Part shown: positions 1 through 18,000 of the stretch, one piece after another
Numbering within the stretch: position 1 is the first letter of the stretch
Layout: the number at the start of each line of letters is the position of its first letter
Assembly: GCA_964016885.1 (NCBI GenBank)
Contig: OZ024742.1
Location: 13,082,001-13,146,000 of the forward strand
From: Eledone cirrhosa
Lineage: Eukaryota
Length of the DNA stretch: 64,000 bases
Direction of reading: 5' to 3'
Program-made: the position numbers and the translations under genes
The notes under the pieces: model-generated
The model's input: only the letters and a program-made list of their open reading frames with translations
Database searches by the model: none
Told to the model about the DNA's origin: nothing

Positions 1-3000
1 CCACACCTCCACAACCCAGCCTAACCCAGCAATCAAACCCACGATATTATGATCGTAAGTCTAACACCCTTACCACTAGGTCACACCACACCCCCACAAC
101 ACACAACCCAGGAATCAAACCCACGACATTATGATCGTAAGTCGAACACCCTTACCACTAGGCCATACCACACCTCCACAACACACAACCCAGGAATCAA
201 ACCCACGATATTATGATCGTAAGTCGAACACCCTTACCACTAGGCCATACCACACCTCCACAACACACAACACAGGAATCAAACCCACGACATTATGATC
301 GTAAGTCGAACACCCTTACCACTAGGCCACACCACACCTCCACAACACACAACCCAGGAATCAAATCCACGATATTATGATCGTAAGTCTAACACCCTTA
401 CCACTAGGCCTCACAACACCTCCACAACACACAACCCAGGAATCAAACCCACGATATTATGATCGTAAGTCGAACACCCTTACCACTAGGCCATACCACA
501 CCTCCACAACACACAACACAGGAATCAAACCCACGATATTATGATCGTAAGTCCAACACCCTTACCACTAGGCCCCACCACACCTCCACAACACACAACC
601 CAGGAATCAAACCCACGATATTATGATCGTAAGTCGAACACCCTTACCACTAGGCCATACCACACCTCCACAACCCAACCTAACCCAGCAATCAAACCCA
701 CGATATTATGATCGTAAGTCTAACACCCTTACCACTAGGCCACACCACACCCCCACAACACACAACCCAGGAATCAAACCCACGACATTATGATCGTAAG
801 TCGAACACCCTTACCACTAGGCCATACCACACCTCCACAACCCAACCTAACCCAGGAATCAAACCCACGATATTATGATCGTAAGTCTAACACCCTTACC
901 ACTAGGCCACACCGCACCACCACAACACACAACCCAGCAATCAAACCCACGATATTATGATCGTAAGTCCAACACCCTTACCACTAGGTCACACCGCACC
1001 TCCACAACACACAATCCAGGAATCAAACCCACGACATTATGATCGTAAGTCCAACACCCTTACCACTAGGTCACACGACACCTCCACAACACACAACCCA
1101 GGAATCAAACCCACGATATTATGATCGTAAGTCCAACACCCTTACCACTAGGCCATACCACACCTCCACATCACACAACCCAGGAATCAAACCCACGATA
1201 TTATGATCGTAAGTCCAACTCCCTTACCACTAGGCCACACCGCACCTCCACAACACAACACAACCCAGGAATCAAACCCACGATATTATGATCGTAAGAC
1301 CAACACCATTACCACTAGGCCACACCGCACCTCCACAACACAACACAACCCAGGAATCAAACCCACGATATTATGATCGTAAGTCCAACACCCTTACCAC
1401 TAGGTCACACCGCACCTCCACAACACACAACCAGGGAATCAAACCCACGATATTATGATCGTAAGACCAACACCCTTACCACTAGGCCACACCACACCTC
1501 CACAACACACAATCCAGGAATCAAACCCACGACATTATGATCGTAAGTCCAATACCCTTACCACTAGGCCCCACCACACCTCAACAACAGACAACCCAGG
1601 AATCAAACCCACGATAATATGATCGTAAGTCCTACACCCTTACCACTAGGCCATACCACACCTCCACAACCCAACCTAACCCAGGAATCAAACTCACGAT
1701 ATTATGATCGTAAGTCCAATACCCTTACCACTAGGCCCCACCACACCTCCACGATATTATGATCTTAAGTCCAACACCCTTACCACTAGGTCAAAACCAC
1801 ACCTCCACAACACACAACCCAGGAATCAAACCCACGATATTATGATCGTAAGACCAACACCCTTACCACTAGGCCCCACCGCACCACCACAACACACAAC
1901 CCAGGAATCAAACCCACGATATTATGATCGTAAGTCCAACTCCCTTACCACTAGGCCATACCACACCTCCACAACCCAACCTAACCCAGGAATCAAACCC
2001 ACGATATTATGATCGTAAGTCCAACACCCTTACCACTAGGCCCCACCACACCTCCACAACACACAATCCAGGAATGAAACCCACAATATTATGATCGTAA
2101 GTCCAACACCCTTACAACTAGGCCCCACCACACCTCCACAACAGACAACCCAGGAATCAAACCCACGACATTAAGATCGTAAGTCGAACACCCTTAACAC
2201 TAGGCCATACCACACCTCCACATCACACAACCCATGAATCAAACCCACGACATTATGATCGTAAGTCGAACACCCTTACCACTAGGCCACACCACACCTC
2301 CACAACACACAACCCAGGAATCAAACCCACGACATTATGATCGTAAGTCGAACACCCTTACCACTAGGCCATACCACACCTCCACAACACACAACACAGG
2401 AATCAAACCCACGACATTATGATCGTAAGTCGAACACCCTTACCACTAGGCCACACCACACCTCCACAACACACAACCCAGGAATCAAATCCACGATATT
2501 ATGATCGTAAGTCTAACACCCTTACCACTAGGCCTCACAACACCTCCACAACACACAACCCAGGAATCAAACCCACGATATTATGATCGTAAGTCGAACA
2601 CCCTTACCACTAGGCCATACCACACCTCCACAACACACAACACAGGAATCAAACCCACGATATTATGATCGTAAGTCCAACACCCTTACCACTAGGCCCC
2701 ACCACACCTCCACAACACACAACCCAGGAATCAAACCCACGATATTATGATCGTAAGTCGAACACCCTTACCACTAGGCCATACCACACCTCCACAACCC
2801 AGCCTAACCCAGCAATCAAACCCACGATATTATGATCGTAAGTCTAACACCCTTACCACTAGGTCACACCACACCCCCACAACACACAACCCAGGAATCA
2901 AACCCACGACATTATGATCGTAAGTCGAACACCCTTACCACTAGGCCATACCACACCTCCACAACACACAACCCAGGAATCAAACCCACGATATTATGAT

Positions 3001-6000
3001 CGTAAGTCGAACACCCTTACCACTAGGCCATACCACACCTCCACAACACACAACACAGGAATCAAACCCACGACATTATGATCGTAAGTCGAACACCCTT
3101 ACCACTAGGCCACACCACACCTCCACAACACACAACCCAGGAATCAAATCCACGATATTATGATCGTAAGTCTAACACCCTTACCACTAGGCCTCACAAC
3201 ACCTCCACAACACACAACCCAGGAATCAAACCCACGATATTATGATCGTAAGTCGAACACCCTTACCACTAGGCCATACCACACCTCCACAACACACAAC
3301 ACAGGAATCAAACCCACGATATTATGATCGTAAGTCCAACACCCTTACCACTAGGCCCCACCACACCTCCACAACACACAACCCAGGAATCAAACCCACG
3401 ATATTATGATCGTAAGTCGAACACCCTTACCACTAGGCCATACCACACCTCCACAACCCAACCTAACCCAGCAATCAAACCCACGATATTATGATCGTAA
3501 GTCTAACACCCTTACCACTAGGCCACACCACACCCCCACAACACACAACCCAGGAATCAAACCCACGACATTATGATCGTAAGTCGAACACCCTTACCAC
3601 TAGGCCATACCACACCTCCACAACCCAACCTAACCCAGGAATCAAACCCACGATATTATGATCGTAAGTCTAACACCCTTACCACTAGGCCACACCGCAC
3701 CACCACAACACACAACCCAGCAATCAAACCCACGATATTATGATCGTAAGTCCAACACCCTTACCACTAGGTCACACCGCACCTCCACAACACACAATCC
3801 AGGAATCAAACCCACGACATTATGATCGTAAGTCCAACACCCTTACCACTAGGTCACACCACACCTCCACAACACACAACCCAGGAATCAAACCCACGAT
3901 ATTATGATCGTAAGTCCAACACCCTTACCACTAGGCCATACCACACCTCCACATCACACAACCCAGGAATCAAACCCACGATATTATGATCGTAAGTCCA
4001 ACTCCCTTACCACTAGGCCACACCGCACCTCCACAACACAACACAACCCAGGAATCAAACCCACGATATTATGATCGTAAGACCAACACCATTACCACTA
4101 GGCCACACCGCACCTCCACAACACAACACAACCCAGGAATCAAACCCACGATATTATGATCGTAAGTCCAACACCCTTACCACTAGGTCACACCGCACCT
4201 CCACAACACACAACCAGGGAATCAAACCCACGATATTATGATCGTAAGACCAACACCCTTACCACTAGGCCACACCACACCTCCACAACACACAATCCAG
4301 GAATCAAACCCACGACATTATGATCGTAAGTCCAATACCCTTACCACTAGGCCCCACCACACCTCAACAACAGACAACCCAGGAATCAAACCCACGATAA
4401 TATGATCGTAAGTCCTACACCCTTACCACTAGGCCATACCACACCTCCACAACCCAACCTAACCCAGGAATCAAACTCACGATATTATGATCGTAAGTCC
4501 AATACCCTTACCACTAGGCCCCACCACACCTCCACGATATTATGATCTTAAGTCCAACACCCTTACCACTAGGTCAAAACCACACCTCCACAACACACAA
4601 CCCAGGAATCAAACCCACGATATTATGATCGTAAGACCAACACCCTTACCACTAGGCCCCACCGCACCACCACAACACACAACCCAGGAATCAAACCCAC
4701 GATATTATGATCGTAAGTCCAACTCCCTTACCACTAGGCCACACCACACCTCCACAACACACAACCCAGGAATCAAACCCACGATATTATGATCGTAAGT
4801 CCAACTCCCTTACCACTAGGTCACACCGCACCTCCACAACACAACACAACCCAGGAATCAAACCCACGATATTATGATCGTAAGTCCAACTCCCTTACCA
4901 CTAGGTCACACCACACCTCCACAACACAACACAACCCAGGAATCAAACCCACGATATTATGATCGTAAGTCGAACACCCTTACCACTAGGCCACACCACA
5001 CCTCCACAACACACAACCGAGGAATCAAACCCACGACATTATGATCGTAAGTCGAACACCCTTACCACTAGGCCATACCACACCTCCACAACACACAACC
5101 CAGGAATCAAACCCACGATATTATGATCGTAAGTCCAACTCCCTTACCACTAGGTCACACCACACCTCCACAACACAACCCAGGAATCAAACCCACGATA
5201 TTATGATCGTAAGTCCAACACCCTTACCACTAGGCCATACCACACCTCCACAACCCAACCTAACCCAGGAATCAAACCCACGATATTATGATCGTAAGTC
5301 CAACACCCTTACCACTAGGCCCCACCACACCTCCACAACACACAATCCAGGAATGAAACCCACAATATTATGATCGTAAGTCCAACACCCTTACAACTAG
5401 GCCCCACCACACCTCCACAACAGACAACCCAGGAATCAAACCCACGACATTAAGATCGTAAGTCGAACACCCTTAACACTAGGCCATACCACACCTCCAC
5501 ATCACACAACCCATGAATCAAACCCACGACATTATGATCGTAAGTCGAACACCCTTACCACTAGGCCACACCACACCTCCACAACACACAACCCAGGAAT
5601 CAAACCCACGACATTATGATCGTAAGTCGAACACCCTTACCACTAGGCCATACCACACCTCCACAACACACAACACAGGAATCAAACCCACGACATTATG
5701 ATCGTAAGTCGAACACCCTTACCACTAGGCCACACCACACCTCCACAACACACAACCCAGGAATCAAATCCACGATATTATGATCGTAAGTCTAACACCC
5801 TTACCACTAGGCCTCACAACACCTCCACAACACACAACCCAGGAATCAAACCCACGATATTATGATCGTAAGTCGAACACCCTTACCACTAGGCCATACC
5901 ACACCTCCACAACACACAACACAGGAATCAAACCCACGATATTATGATCGTAAGTCCAACACCCTTACCACTAGGCCCCACCACACCTCCACAACACACA

Positions 6001-9000
6001 ACCCAGGAATCAAACCCACGATATTATGATCGTAAGTCGAACACCCTTACCACTAGGCCATACCACACCTCCACAACCCAGCCTAACCCAGCAATCAAAC
6101 CCACGATATTATGATCGTAAGTCTAACACCCTTACCACTAGGTCACACCACACCCCCACAACACACAACCCAGGAATCAAACCCACGACATTATGATCGT
6201 AAGTCGAACACCCTTACCACTAGGCCATACCACACCTCCACAACACACAACCCAGGAATGAAACCCACGATATTATGATCGTAAGTCGAACACCCTTACC
6301 ACTAGGCCATACCACACCTCCACAACACACAACACAGGAATCAAACCCACGACATTATGATCGTAAGTCGAACACCCTTACCACTAGGCCACACCACACC
6401 TCCACAACACACAACCCAGGAATCAAATCCACGATATTATGATCGTAAGTCTAACACCCTTACCACTAGGCCTCACAACACCTCCACAACACACAACCCA
6501 GGAATCAAACCCACGATATTATGATCGTAAGTCGAACACCCTTACCACTAGGCCATACCACACCTCCACAACACACAACACAGGAATCAAACCCACGATA
6601 TTATGATCGTAAGTCCAACACCCTTACCACTAGGCCCCACCACACCTCCACAACACACAACCCAGGAATCAAACCCACGATATTATGATCGTAAGTCGAA
6701 CACCCTTACCACTAGGCCATACCACACCTCCACAACCCAACCTAACCCAGCAATCAAACCCACGATATTATGATCGTAAGTCTAACACCCTTACCACTAG
6801 GCCACACCACACCCCCACAACACACAACCCAGGAATCAAACCCACGACATTATGATCGTAAGTCGAACACCCTTACCACTAGGCCATACCACACCTCCAC
6901 AACCCAACCTAACCCAGGAATCAAACCCACGATATTATGATCGTAAGTCTAACACCCTTACCACTAGGCCACACCGCACCACCACAACACACAACCCAGC
7001 AATCAAACCCACGATATTATGATCGTAAGTCCAACACCCTTACCACTAGGTCACACCGCACCTCCACAACACACAATCCAGGAATCAAACCCACGACATT
7101 ATGATCGTAAGTCCAACACCCTTACCACTAGGTCACACCACACCTCCACAACACACAACCCAGGAATCAAACCCACGATATTATGATCGTAAGTCCAACA
7201 CCCTTACCACTAGGCCATACCACACCTCCACATCACACAACCCAGGAATCAAACCCACGATATTATGATCGTAAGTCCAACTCCCTTACCACTAGGCCAC
7301 ACCGCACCTCCACAACACAACACAACCCAGGAATCAAACCCACGATATTATGATCGTAAGACCAACACCCTTACCACTAGGCCACACCGCACCTCCACAA
7401 CACAACACAACCCAGGAATCAAACCCACGATATTATGATCGTAAGTCCAACACCCTTACCACTAGGTCACACCGCACCTCCACAACACACAACCAGGGAA
7501 TCAAACCCACGATATTATGATCGTAAGACCAACACCCTTACCACTAGGCCACACCACACCTCCACAACACACAATCCAGGAATCAAACCCACGACATTAT
7601 GATCGTAAGTCCAATACCCTTACCACTAGGCCCCACCACACCTCAACAACAGACAACCCAGGAATCAAACCCACGATAATATGATCGTAAGTCCTACACC
7701 CTTACCACTAGGCCATACCACACCTCCACAACCCAACCTAACCCAGGAATCAAACTCACGATATTATGATCGTAAGTCCAATACCCTTACCACTAGGCCC
7801 CACCACACCTCCACGATATTATGATCTTAAGTCCAACACCCTTACCACTAGGTCAAAACCACACCTCCACAACACACAACCCAGGAATCAAACCCACGAT
7901 ATTATGATCGTAAGACCAACACCCTTACCACTAGGCCCCACCGCACCACCACAACACACAACCCAGGAATCAAACCCACGATATTATGATCGTAAGTCCA
8001 ACTCCCTTACCACTAGGCCACACCACACCTCCACAACACACAACCCAGGAATCAAACCCACGATATTATGATCGTAAGTCCAACTCCCTTACCACTAGGT
8101 CACACCGCACCTCCACAACACAACACAACCCAGGAATCAAACCCACGATATTATGATCGTAAGTCCAACTCCCTTACCACTAGGTCACACCACACCTCCA
8201 CAACACAACACAACCCAGGAATCAAACCCACGATATTATGATCGTAAGTCCAACACCCTTACCACTAGGCCATACCACACCTCTACAACCCAACCTAACC
8301 CAGGAATCAAACCCACGATATTATGATCGTAAGTCCAACACCCATACCACTAGGCCCCACCACACCTCCACAACACACAATCCAGGAATGAAACCCACAA
8401 TATTATGATCGTAAGTCCAACACCCTTACAACTAGGCCCCACCACACCTCCACAACAGACAACCCAGGAATCAAACCCACGACATTATGATCGTAAGTCG
8501 AACACCCTTAACACTAGGCCATACCACACCTCCTAATCACACCACCCATGAATCAAACCCACGACATTATGATCGTAAGTCGAACACCCTTACCACTAGG
8601 CCACACCACACCTCCACAACACACAACCCAGGAATCAAACCCACGACATTATGATCGTAAGTCGAACACCCTTACCACTAGGCCATACCACACCTCCACA
8701 ACACACAACACAGGAATCAAACCCACGACATTATGATCGTAAGTCGGACACCCTTACCACTAGGCCACACCACACCTCCACAACACACAACCCAGGAATC
8801 AAACCCACGACATTATGATCGTAAGTCGAACACCCTTACCACTAGGCCACACCACACCTCCACAACACAACACAATCCAGGAATCAAACCCACGATATTA
8901 TGATCGTAAGTCCAACACCCCTACCACTAGGCCACACCACACCTCCACAACACAACACAACCCAGGAATCAAACCCACGATATTATGATCGTAAGTCCAA

Positions 9001-12000
9001 CACCCTTAACACTACGCCATACCACACCTCCACAACACACAACCCAGGAATCAAACCCACGACATTATGATCGTAAGCCGAACACCCTTACCACTAGGCC
9101 ACACCACACCTCCACAACACACAACCCAGGAATCAAACCCACGACATTATGATCGTAAGTCGAACACCCTTACCACTAGGCCATACCACACCTCCACAAC
9201 ACACAACCCAGGAATCAAACCCACGATATTATGATCGTAAGTCCAACACCCTTACCACTAGGCCACACCACACCTCCACAACACAACACAACCCAGGAAT
9301 CAAACCCACGATATTATGATCGTAAGTCTAACACCCTTAACACTACGCCATACCACACCTCCACATCACACAACCCACGAATCAAACCCACGACATTATG
9401 ATCGTAAGTCGAACACCCTTACCACTAGGCCACACCACACCTCCACAACACACAACCCAGGAATCAAACCCACGACATTATGATCGTAAGTCGAACACCC
9501 TTACCACTAGGCCATACCACACCTCCACAACACACAACCCAGGAATCAAACCCACGATATTATGATCGTAAGTCCAACACCCTTACCACTAGGCCCCACC
9601 ACACCTCCACAACACACAATCCAGGAATGAAACCCACAATATTATGATCGTAAGTCCAACACCCTTACAACTAGGCCCCACCACACCTCCACAACAGACA
9701 ACCCAGGAATCAAACCCACGACATTATGATCGTAAGTCGAACACCCTTAACACTAGGCCATACCACACCTCCACATCACACAACCCATGAATCAAACCCA
9801 CGACATTATGATCGTAAGTCGAACACCCTTACCACTAGGCCACACCACACCTCAACAACAGACAACCCAGGAATCAAACCCACGATAATATGATCGTAAG
9901 TCCAACACCCTTACCACTAGGCCATACCACACCTCCACAACCCAACCTAACCCAGGAATCAAACTCACGATATTATGATCGTAAGTCCAATACCCTTACC
10001 ACTAGGCCCCACCACACCTCCACGATATTATGATCTTAAGTCCAACACCCTTACCACTAGGCCATACCACACCTCCACAACACACAACACAGGAATCAAA
10101 CCCACGACATTATGATCGTAAGTCGAACACCCTTACCACTAGGCCACACCACACCTCCACAACACACAACCCAGGAATCAAACCCACGACATTATGATCG
10201 TAAGTCGAACACCCTTACCACTAGGCCACACCACACCTCCACAACACAACACAATCCAGGTATCAAACCCACGATATTATGATCGTAAGTCCAACACCCT
10301 TACCACTAGGCCACACCACACCTCCACAACACAACACAACCCAGGAATCAAACCCACGATATTATGATCGTAAGTCCAACACCCTTAACACTACGCCATA
10401 CCACACCTCCACATCACACAACCCACGAATCAAACCCACGACATTATGATCGTAAGTCGAACACCCTTACCACTAGGCCACACCACACCTCCACAACACA
10501 CAACCCAGGAATCAAACCCACGACATTATGATCGTAAGTCGAACACCCTTACCACTAGGCCATACCACACCTCCACAACACACAACCCAGGAATCAAACC
10601 CACGATATTATGATCGTAAGTCCAACACCCTTACCACTAGGCCACACCACACCTCCACAACACAACACAACCCAGGAATCAAACCCACGATATTATGATC
10701 GTAAGTCCAACACCCTTAACACTACGCCATACCACACCTCCACATCACACAACCCACGAATCAAACCCACGACATTATGATCGTAAGTCGAACACCCTTA
10801 CCACTAGGCCACACCACACCTCCACAACACACAACCCAGGAATCAAACCCACGACATTATGATCGTAAGTCGAACACCCTTACCACTAGGCCATACCACA
10901 CCTCCACAACACACAACCCAGGAATCAAACCCACGATATTATGATCGTAAGTCCAACTCCCTTACCACTAGGTCACACCACACCTCCACAACACAACCCA
11001 GGAATCAAACCCACGATATTATGATCGTAAGTCCAACACCCTTACCACTAGGCCATACCACACCTCCACAACCCAACCTAACCCAGGAATCAAACCCACG
11101 ATATTATGATCGTAAGTCCAACACCCTTACCACTAGGCCCCACCACACCTCCACAACACACAATCCAGGAATGAAACCCACAATATTATGATCGTAAGTC
11201 CAACACCCTTACAACTAGGCCCCACCACACCTCCACAACAGACAACCCAGGAATCAAACCCACGACATTAAGATCGTAAGTCGAACACCCTTAACACTAG
11301 GCCATACCACACCTCCACATCACACAACCCATGAATCAAACCCACGACATTATGATCGTAAGTCGAACACCCTTACCACTAGGCCACACCACACCTCCAC
11401 AACACACAACCCAGGAATCAAACCCACGACATTATGATCGTAAGTCGAACACCCTTACCACTAGGCCATACCACACCTCCACAACACACAACACAGGAAT
11501 CAAACCCACGACATTATGATCGTAAGTCGAACACCCTTACCACTAGGCCACACCACACCTCCACAACACACAACCCAGGAATCAAATCCACGATATTATG
11601 ATCGTAAGTCTAACACCCTTACCACTAGGCCTCACAACACCTCCACAACACACAACCCAGGAATCAAACCCACGATATTATGATCGTAAGTCGAACACCC
11701 TTACCACTAGGCCATACCACACCTCCACAACACACAACACAGGAATCAAACCCACGATATTATGATCGTAAGTCCAACACCCTTACCACTAGGCCCCACC
11801 ACACCTCCACAACACACAACCCAGGAATCAAACCCACGATATTATGATCGTAAGTCGAACACCCTTACCACTAGGCCATACCACACCTCCACAACCCAGC
11901 CTAACCCAGCAATCAAACCCACGATATTATGATCGTAAGTCTAACACCCTTACCACTAGGTCACACCACACCCCCACAACACACAACCCAGGAATCAAAC

Positions 12001-15000
12001 CCACGACATTATGATCGTAAGTCGAACACCCTTACCACTAGGCCATACCACACCTCCACAACACACAACCCAGGAATCAAACCCACGATATTATGATCGT
12101 AAGTCGAACACCCTTACCACTAGGCCATACCACACCTCCACAACACACAACACAGGAATCAAACCCACGACATTATGATCGTAAGTCGAACACCCTTACC
12201 ACTAGGCCACACCACACCTCCACAACACACAACCCAGGAATCAAATCCACGATATTATGATCGTAAGTCTAACACCCTTACCACTAGGCCTCACAACACC
12301 TCCACAACACACAACCCAGGAATCAAACCCACGATATTATGATCGTAAGTCGAACACCCTTACCACTAGGCCATACCACACCTCCACAACACACAACACA
12401 GGAATCAAACCCACGATATTATGATCGTAAGTCCAACACCCTTACCACTAGGCCCCACCACACCTCCACAACACACAACCCAGGAATCAAACCCACGATA
12501 TTATGATCGTAAGTCGAACACCCTTACCACTAGGCCATACCACACCTCCACAACCCAACCTAACCCAGCAATCAAACCCACGATATTATGATCGTAAGTC
12601 TAACACCCTTACCACTAGGCCACACCACACCCCCACAACACACAACCCAGGAATCAAACCCACGACATTATGATCGTAAGTCGAACACCCTTACCACTAG
12701 GCCATACCACACCTCCACAACCCAACCTAACCCAGGAATCAAACCCACGATATTATGATCGTAAGTCCAACACCCATACCACTAGGCCCCACCACACCTC
12801 CACAACACACAATCCAGGAATGAAACCCACAATATTATGATCGTAAGTCCAACACCCTTACAACTAGGCCCCACCACACCTCCACAACAGACAACCCAGG
12901 AATCAAACCCACGACATTATGATTGTAAGTCGAACAACCTTACCACTAGGTCACACCACACCTCCACAACACACAACCCAGAAATCAAACCCACGACATT
13001 ATGATCGTAAGTCGAACACCCTTAACACTAGGCCATACCACACCTCCACATCACACCACCCATGAATCAAACCCACGACATTATGATCGTAAGTCGAACA
13101 CCCTTACCACTAGGCCACACCACACCTCCACAACACACAACCCAGGAATCAAACCCACGACATTATGATCGTAAGTCGAACACCCTTACCACTAGGCCAT
13201 ACCACACCTCCACAACACACAACACAGGAATCAAACCCACGACATTATGATCGTAAGTCGAACTCCCTTACCACTAGGCCACACCACACCTCCACAACAC
13301 AACACAATCCAGGAATCAAACCCACGATATTATGATCGTAAGTCCAACACCCTTACCACTAGGCCACACCACACCTCCACAACACAACACAACCCAGGAA
13401 TCAAACCCACGATATTATGATCGTAAGTCCAACACCCTTAACACTACGCCATACCACACCTCCACAACACACAACCCAGGAATCAAACCCACGACATTTT
13501 GATCGTAAGCCGAACACCCTTACCACTAGGCCACACCACACCTCCACAACACACAACCCAGGAATCAAACCCACGACATTATGATCGTAAGTCGAACACC
13601 CTTACCACTAGGCCATACCACACCTCCACAACACACAACCCAGGAATCAAACCCACGATATTATGATCGTAAGTCCAACACCCTTACCACTAGGCCACAC
13701 CACACCTCCACAACACAACACAACCCAGGAATCAAACCCACGATATTATGATCGTAAGTCCAACACCCTTAACACTACGCCATACCACACCTCCACATCA
13801 CACAACCCACGAATCAAACCCACGACATTATGATCGTAAGTCGAACACCCTTACCACTAGGCCACACCACACCTCCACAACACACAACCCAGGAATCAAA
13901 CCCACGACATTATGATCGTAAGTCGAACACCCTTACCACTAGGCCACACCACACCTCCACAACACACAACCCAGGAATCAAACCCACGATATTATGATCG
14001 TAAGTCGAACACCCTTACCACTAGGCCACACCACACCTCCACAACACAACACAATCCAGGTATCAAACCCACGATATTATGATCGTAAGTCCAACACCCT
14101 TACCACTAGGCCACACCACACCTCCACAACACAACACAACCCAGGAATCAAACCCACGATATTATGATCGTAAGTCCAACACCCTTAACACTACGCCATA
14201 CCACACCTCCACATCACACAACCCACGAATCAAACCCACGACATTATGATCGTAAGTCGAACACCCTTACCACTAGGCCACACCACACCTCCACAACACA
14301 CAACCCAGGAATCAAACCCACGACATTATGATCGTAAGTCGAACACCCTTACCACTAGGCCATACCACACCTCCACAACACACAACCCAGGAATCAAACC
14401 CACGATATTATGATCGTAAGTCCAACACCCTTACCACTAGGCCACACCACACCTCCACAACACAACACAAGCCAGGAATCAAACCCACGATATTATGATC
14501 GTAAGTCCAACACCCTTAACACTACGCCATACCACACCTCCACATCACACAACCCACGAATCAAACCCACGACATTATGATCGTAAGTCGAACACCCTTA
14601 CCACTAGGCCACACCACACCTCCACAACACACAACCCAGGAATCAAACCCACGACATTATGATCGTAAGTCGAACACCCTTACCACTAGGCCATACCACA
14701 CCTCCACAACACACAACCCAGGAATCAAACCCACGATATTATGATCGTAAGTCCAACTCCCTTACCACTAGGTCACACCACACCTCCACAACACAACCCA
14801 GGAATCAAACCCACGATATTATGATCGTAAGTCCAACACCCTTACCACTAGGCCATACCACACCTCCACAACCCAACCTAACCCAGGAATCAAACCCACG
14901 ATATTATGATCGTAAGTCCAACACCCTTACCACTAGGCCCCACCACACCTCCACAACACACAATCCAGGAATGAAACCCACAATATTATGATCGTAAGTC

Positions 15001-18000
15001 CAACACCCTTACAACTAGGCCCCACCACACCTCCACAACAGACAACCCAGCAATCAAACCCACGACATTAAGATCGTAAGTCGAACACCCTTAACACTAG
15101 GCCATACCACACCTCCACATCACACAACCCATGAATCAAACCCACGACATTATGATCGTAAGTCGAACACCCTTACCACTAGGCCACACCACACCTCCAC
15201 AACACACAACCCAGGAATCAAACCCACGACATTATGATCGTAAGTCGAACACCCTTACCACTAGGCCATACCACACCTCCACAACACACAACACAGGAAT
15301 CAAACCCACGACATTATGATCGTAAGTCGAACACCCTTACCACTAGGCCACACCACACCTCCACAACACACAACCCAGGAATCAAATCCACGATATTATG
15401 ATCGTAAGTCTAACACCCTTACCACTAGGCCTCACAACACCTCCACAACACACAACCCAGGAATCAAACCCACGATATTATGATCGTACGTCGAACACCC
15501 TTACCACTAGGCCATACCACACCTCCACAACACACAACACAGGAATCAAACCCACGATATTATGATCGTAAGTCCAACACCCTTACCACTAGGCCCCACC
15601 ACACCTCCACAACACACAACCCAGGAATCAAACCCACGATATTATGATCGTAAGTCGAACACCCTTACCACTAGGCCATACCACACCTCCACAACCCAGC
15701 CTAACCCAGCAATCAAACCCACGATATTATGATCGTAAGTCTAACACCCTTACCACTAGGTCACACCACACCCCCACAACACACAACCCAGGAATCAAAC
15801 CCACGACATTATGATCGTAAGTCGAACACCCTTACCACTAGGCCATACCACACCTCCACAACACACAACCCAGGAATCAAACCCACGATATTATGATCGT
15901 AAGTCGAACACCCTTACCACTAGGCCATACCACACCTCCACAACACACAACACAGGAATCAAACCCACGACATTATGATCGTAAGTCGAACACCCTTACC
16001 ACTAGGCCACACCACACCTCCACAACACACAACCCAGGAATCAAATCCACGATATTATGATCGTAAGTCTAACACCCTTACCACTAGGCCTCACAACACC
16101 TCCACAACACACAACCCAGGAATCAAACCCACGATATTATGATCGTAAGTCGAACACCCTTACCACTAGGCCATACCACACCTCCACAACACACTACACA
16201 GGAATCAAACCCACGATATTATGATCGTAAGTCCAACACCCTTACCACTAGGCCCCACCACACCTCCACAACACACAACCCAGGAATCAAACCCACGATA
16301 TTATGATCGTAAGTCGAACACCCTTACCACTAGGCCATACCACACCTCCACAACCCAACCTAACCCAGCAATCAAACCCACGATATTATGATCGTAAGTC
16401 TAACACCCTTACCACTAGGCCACACCACACCCCCACAACACACAACCCAGGAATCAAACCCACGACATTATGATCGTAAGTCGAACACCCTTACCACTAG
16501 GCCATACCACACCTCCACAACCCAACCTAACCCAGGAATCAAACCCACGATATTATGATCGTAAGTCTAACACCCTTACCACTAGGCCACACCGCACCAC
16601 CACAACACACAACCCAGCAATCAAACCCACGATATTATGATCGTAAGTCCAACACCCTTACCACTAGGTCACACCGCACCTCCACAACACACAATCCAGG
16701 AATCAAACCCACGACATTATGATCGTAAGTCCAACACCCTTACCACTAGGTCACACCACACCTCCACAACACACAACCCAGGAATCAAACCCACGATATT
16801 ATGATCGTAAGTCCAACACCCTTACCACTAGGCCATACCACACCTCCACATCACACAACCCAGGAATCAAACCCACGATATTATGATCGTAAGTCCAACT
16901 CCCTTACCACTAGGCCACACCGCACCTCCACAACACAACACAACCCAGGAATCAAACCCACGATATTATGATCGTAAGACCAACACCCTTACCACTAGGC
17001 CACACCGCACCTCCACAACACAACACAACCCAGGAATCAAACCCACGATATTATGATCGTAAGTCCAACACCCTTACCACTAGGTCACACCGCACCTCCA
17101 CAACACACAACCAGGGAATCAAACCCACGATATTATGATCGTAAGACCAACACCCTTACCACTAGGCCACACCACACCTCCACAACACACAATCCAGGAA
17201 TCAAACCCACGACATTATGATCGTAAGTCCAATACCCTTACCACTAGGCCCCACCACACCTCAACAACAGACAACCCAGGAATCAAACCCACGATAATAT
17301 GATCGTAAGTCCTACACCCTTACCACTAGGCCATACCACACCTCCACAACCCAACCTAACCCAGGAATCAAACTCACGATATTATGATCGTAAGTCCAAT
17401 ACCCTTACCACTAGGCCCCACCACACCTCCACGATATTATGATCTTAAGTCCAACACCCTTACCACTAGGTCAAAACCACACCTCCACAACACACAACCC
17501 AGGAATCAAACCCACGATATTATGATCGTAAGACCAACACCCTTACCACTAGGCCCCACCGCACCACCACAACACACAGCCCAGGAATCAAACCCACGAT
17601 ATTATGATCGTAAGTCCAACTCCCTTACCACTAGGCCACACCACACCTCCACAACACACAACCCAGGAATCAAACCCACGATATTATGATCGTAAGTCCA
17701 ACTCCCTTACCACTAGGTCACACCGCACCTCCACAACACAACACAACCCAGGAATCAAACCCACGATATTATGATCGTAAGTCCAACTCCCTTACCACTA
17801 GGTCACACCACACCTCCACAACACAACACAACCCAGGAATCAAACCCACGATATTATGATCGTAAGTCCAACACCCTTACCACTAGGCCATACCACACTT
17901 CTACAACCCAACCTAACCCAGGAATCAAACCCACGATATTATGATCGTAAGTCCAACACCCATACCACTAGGCCCCACCACACCTCCACAACACACAATC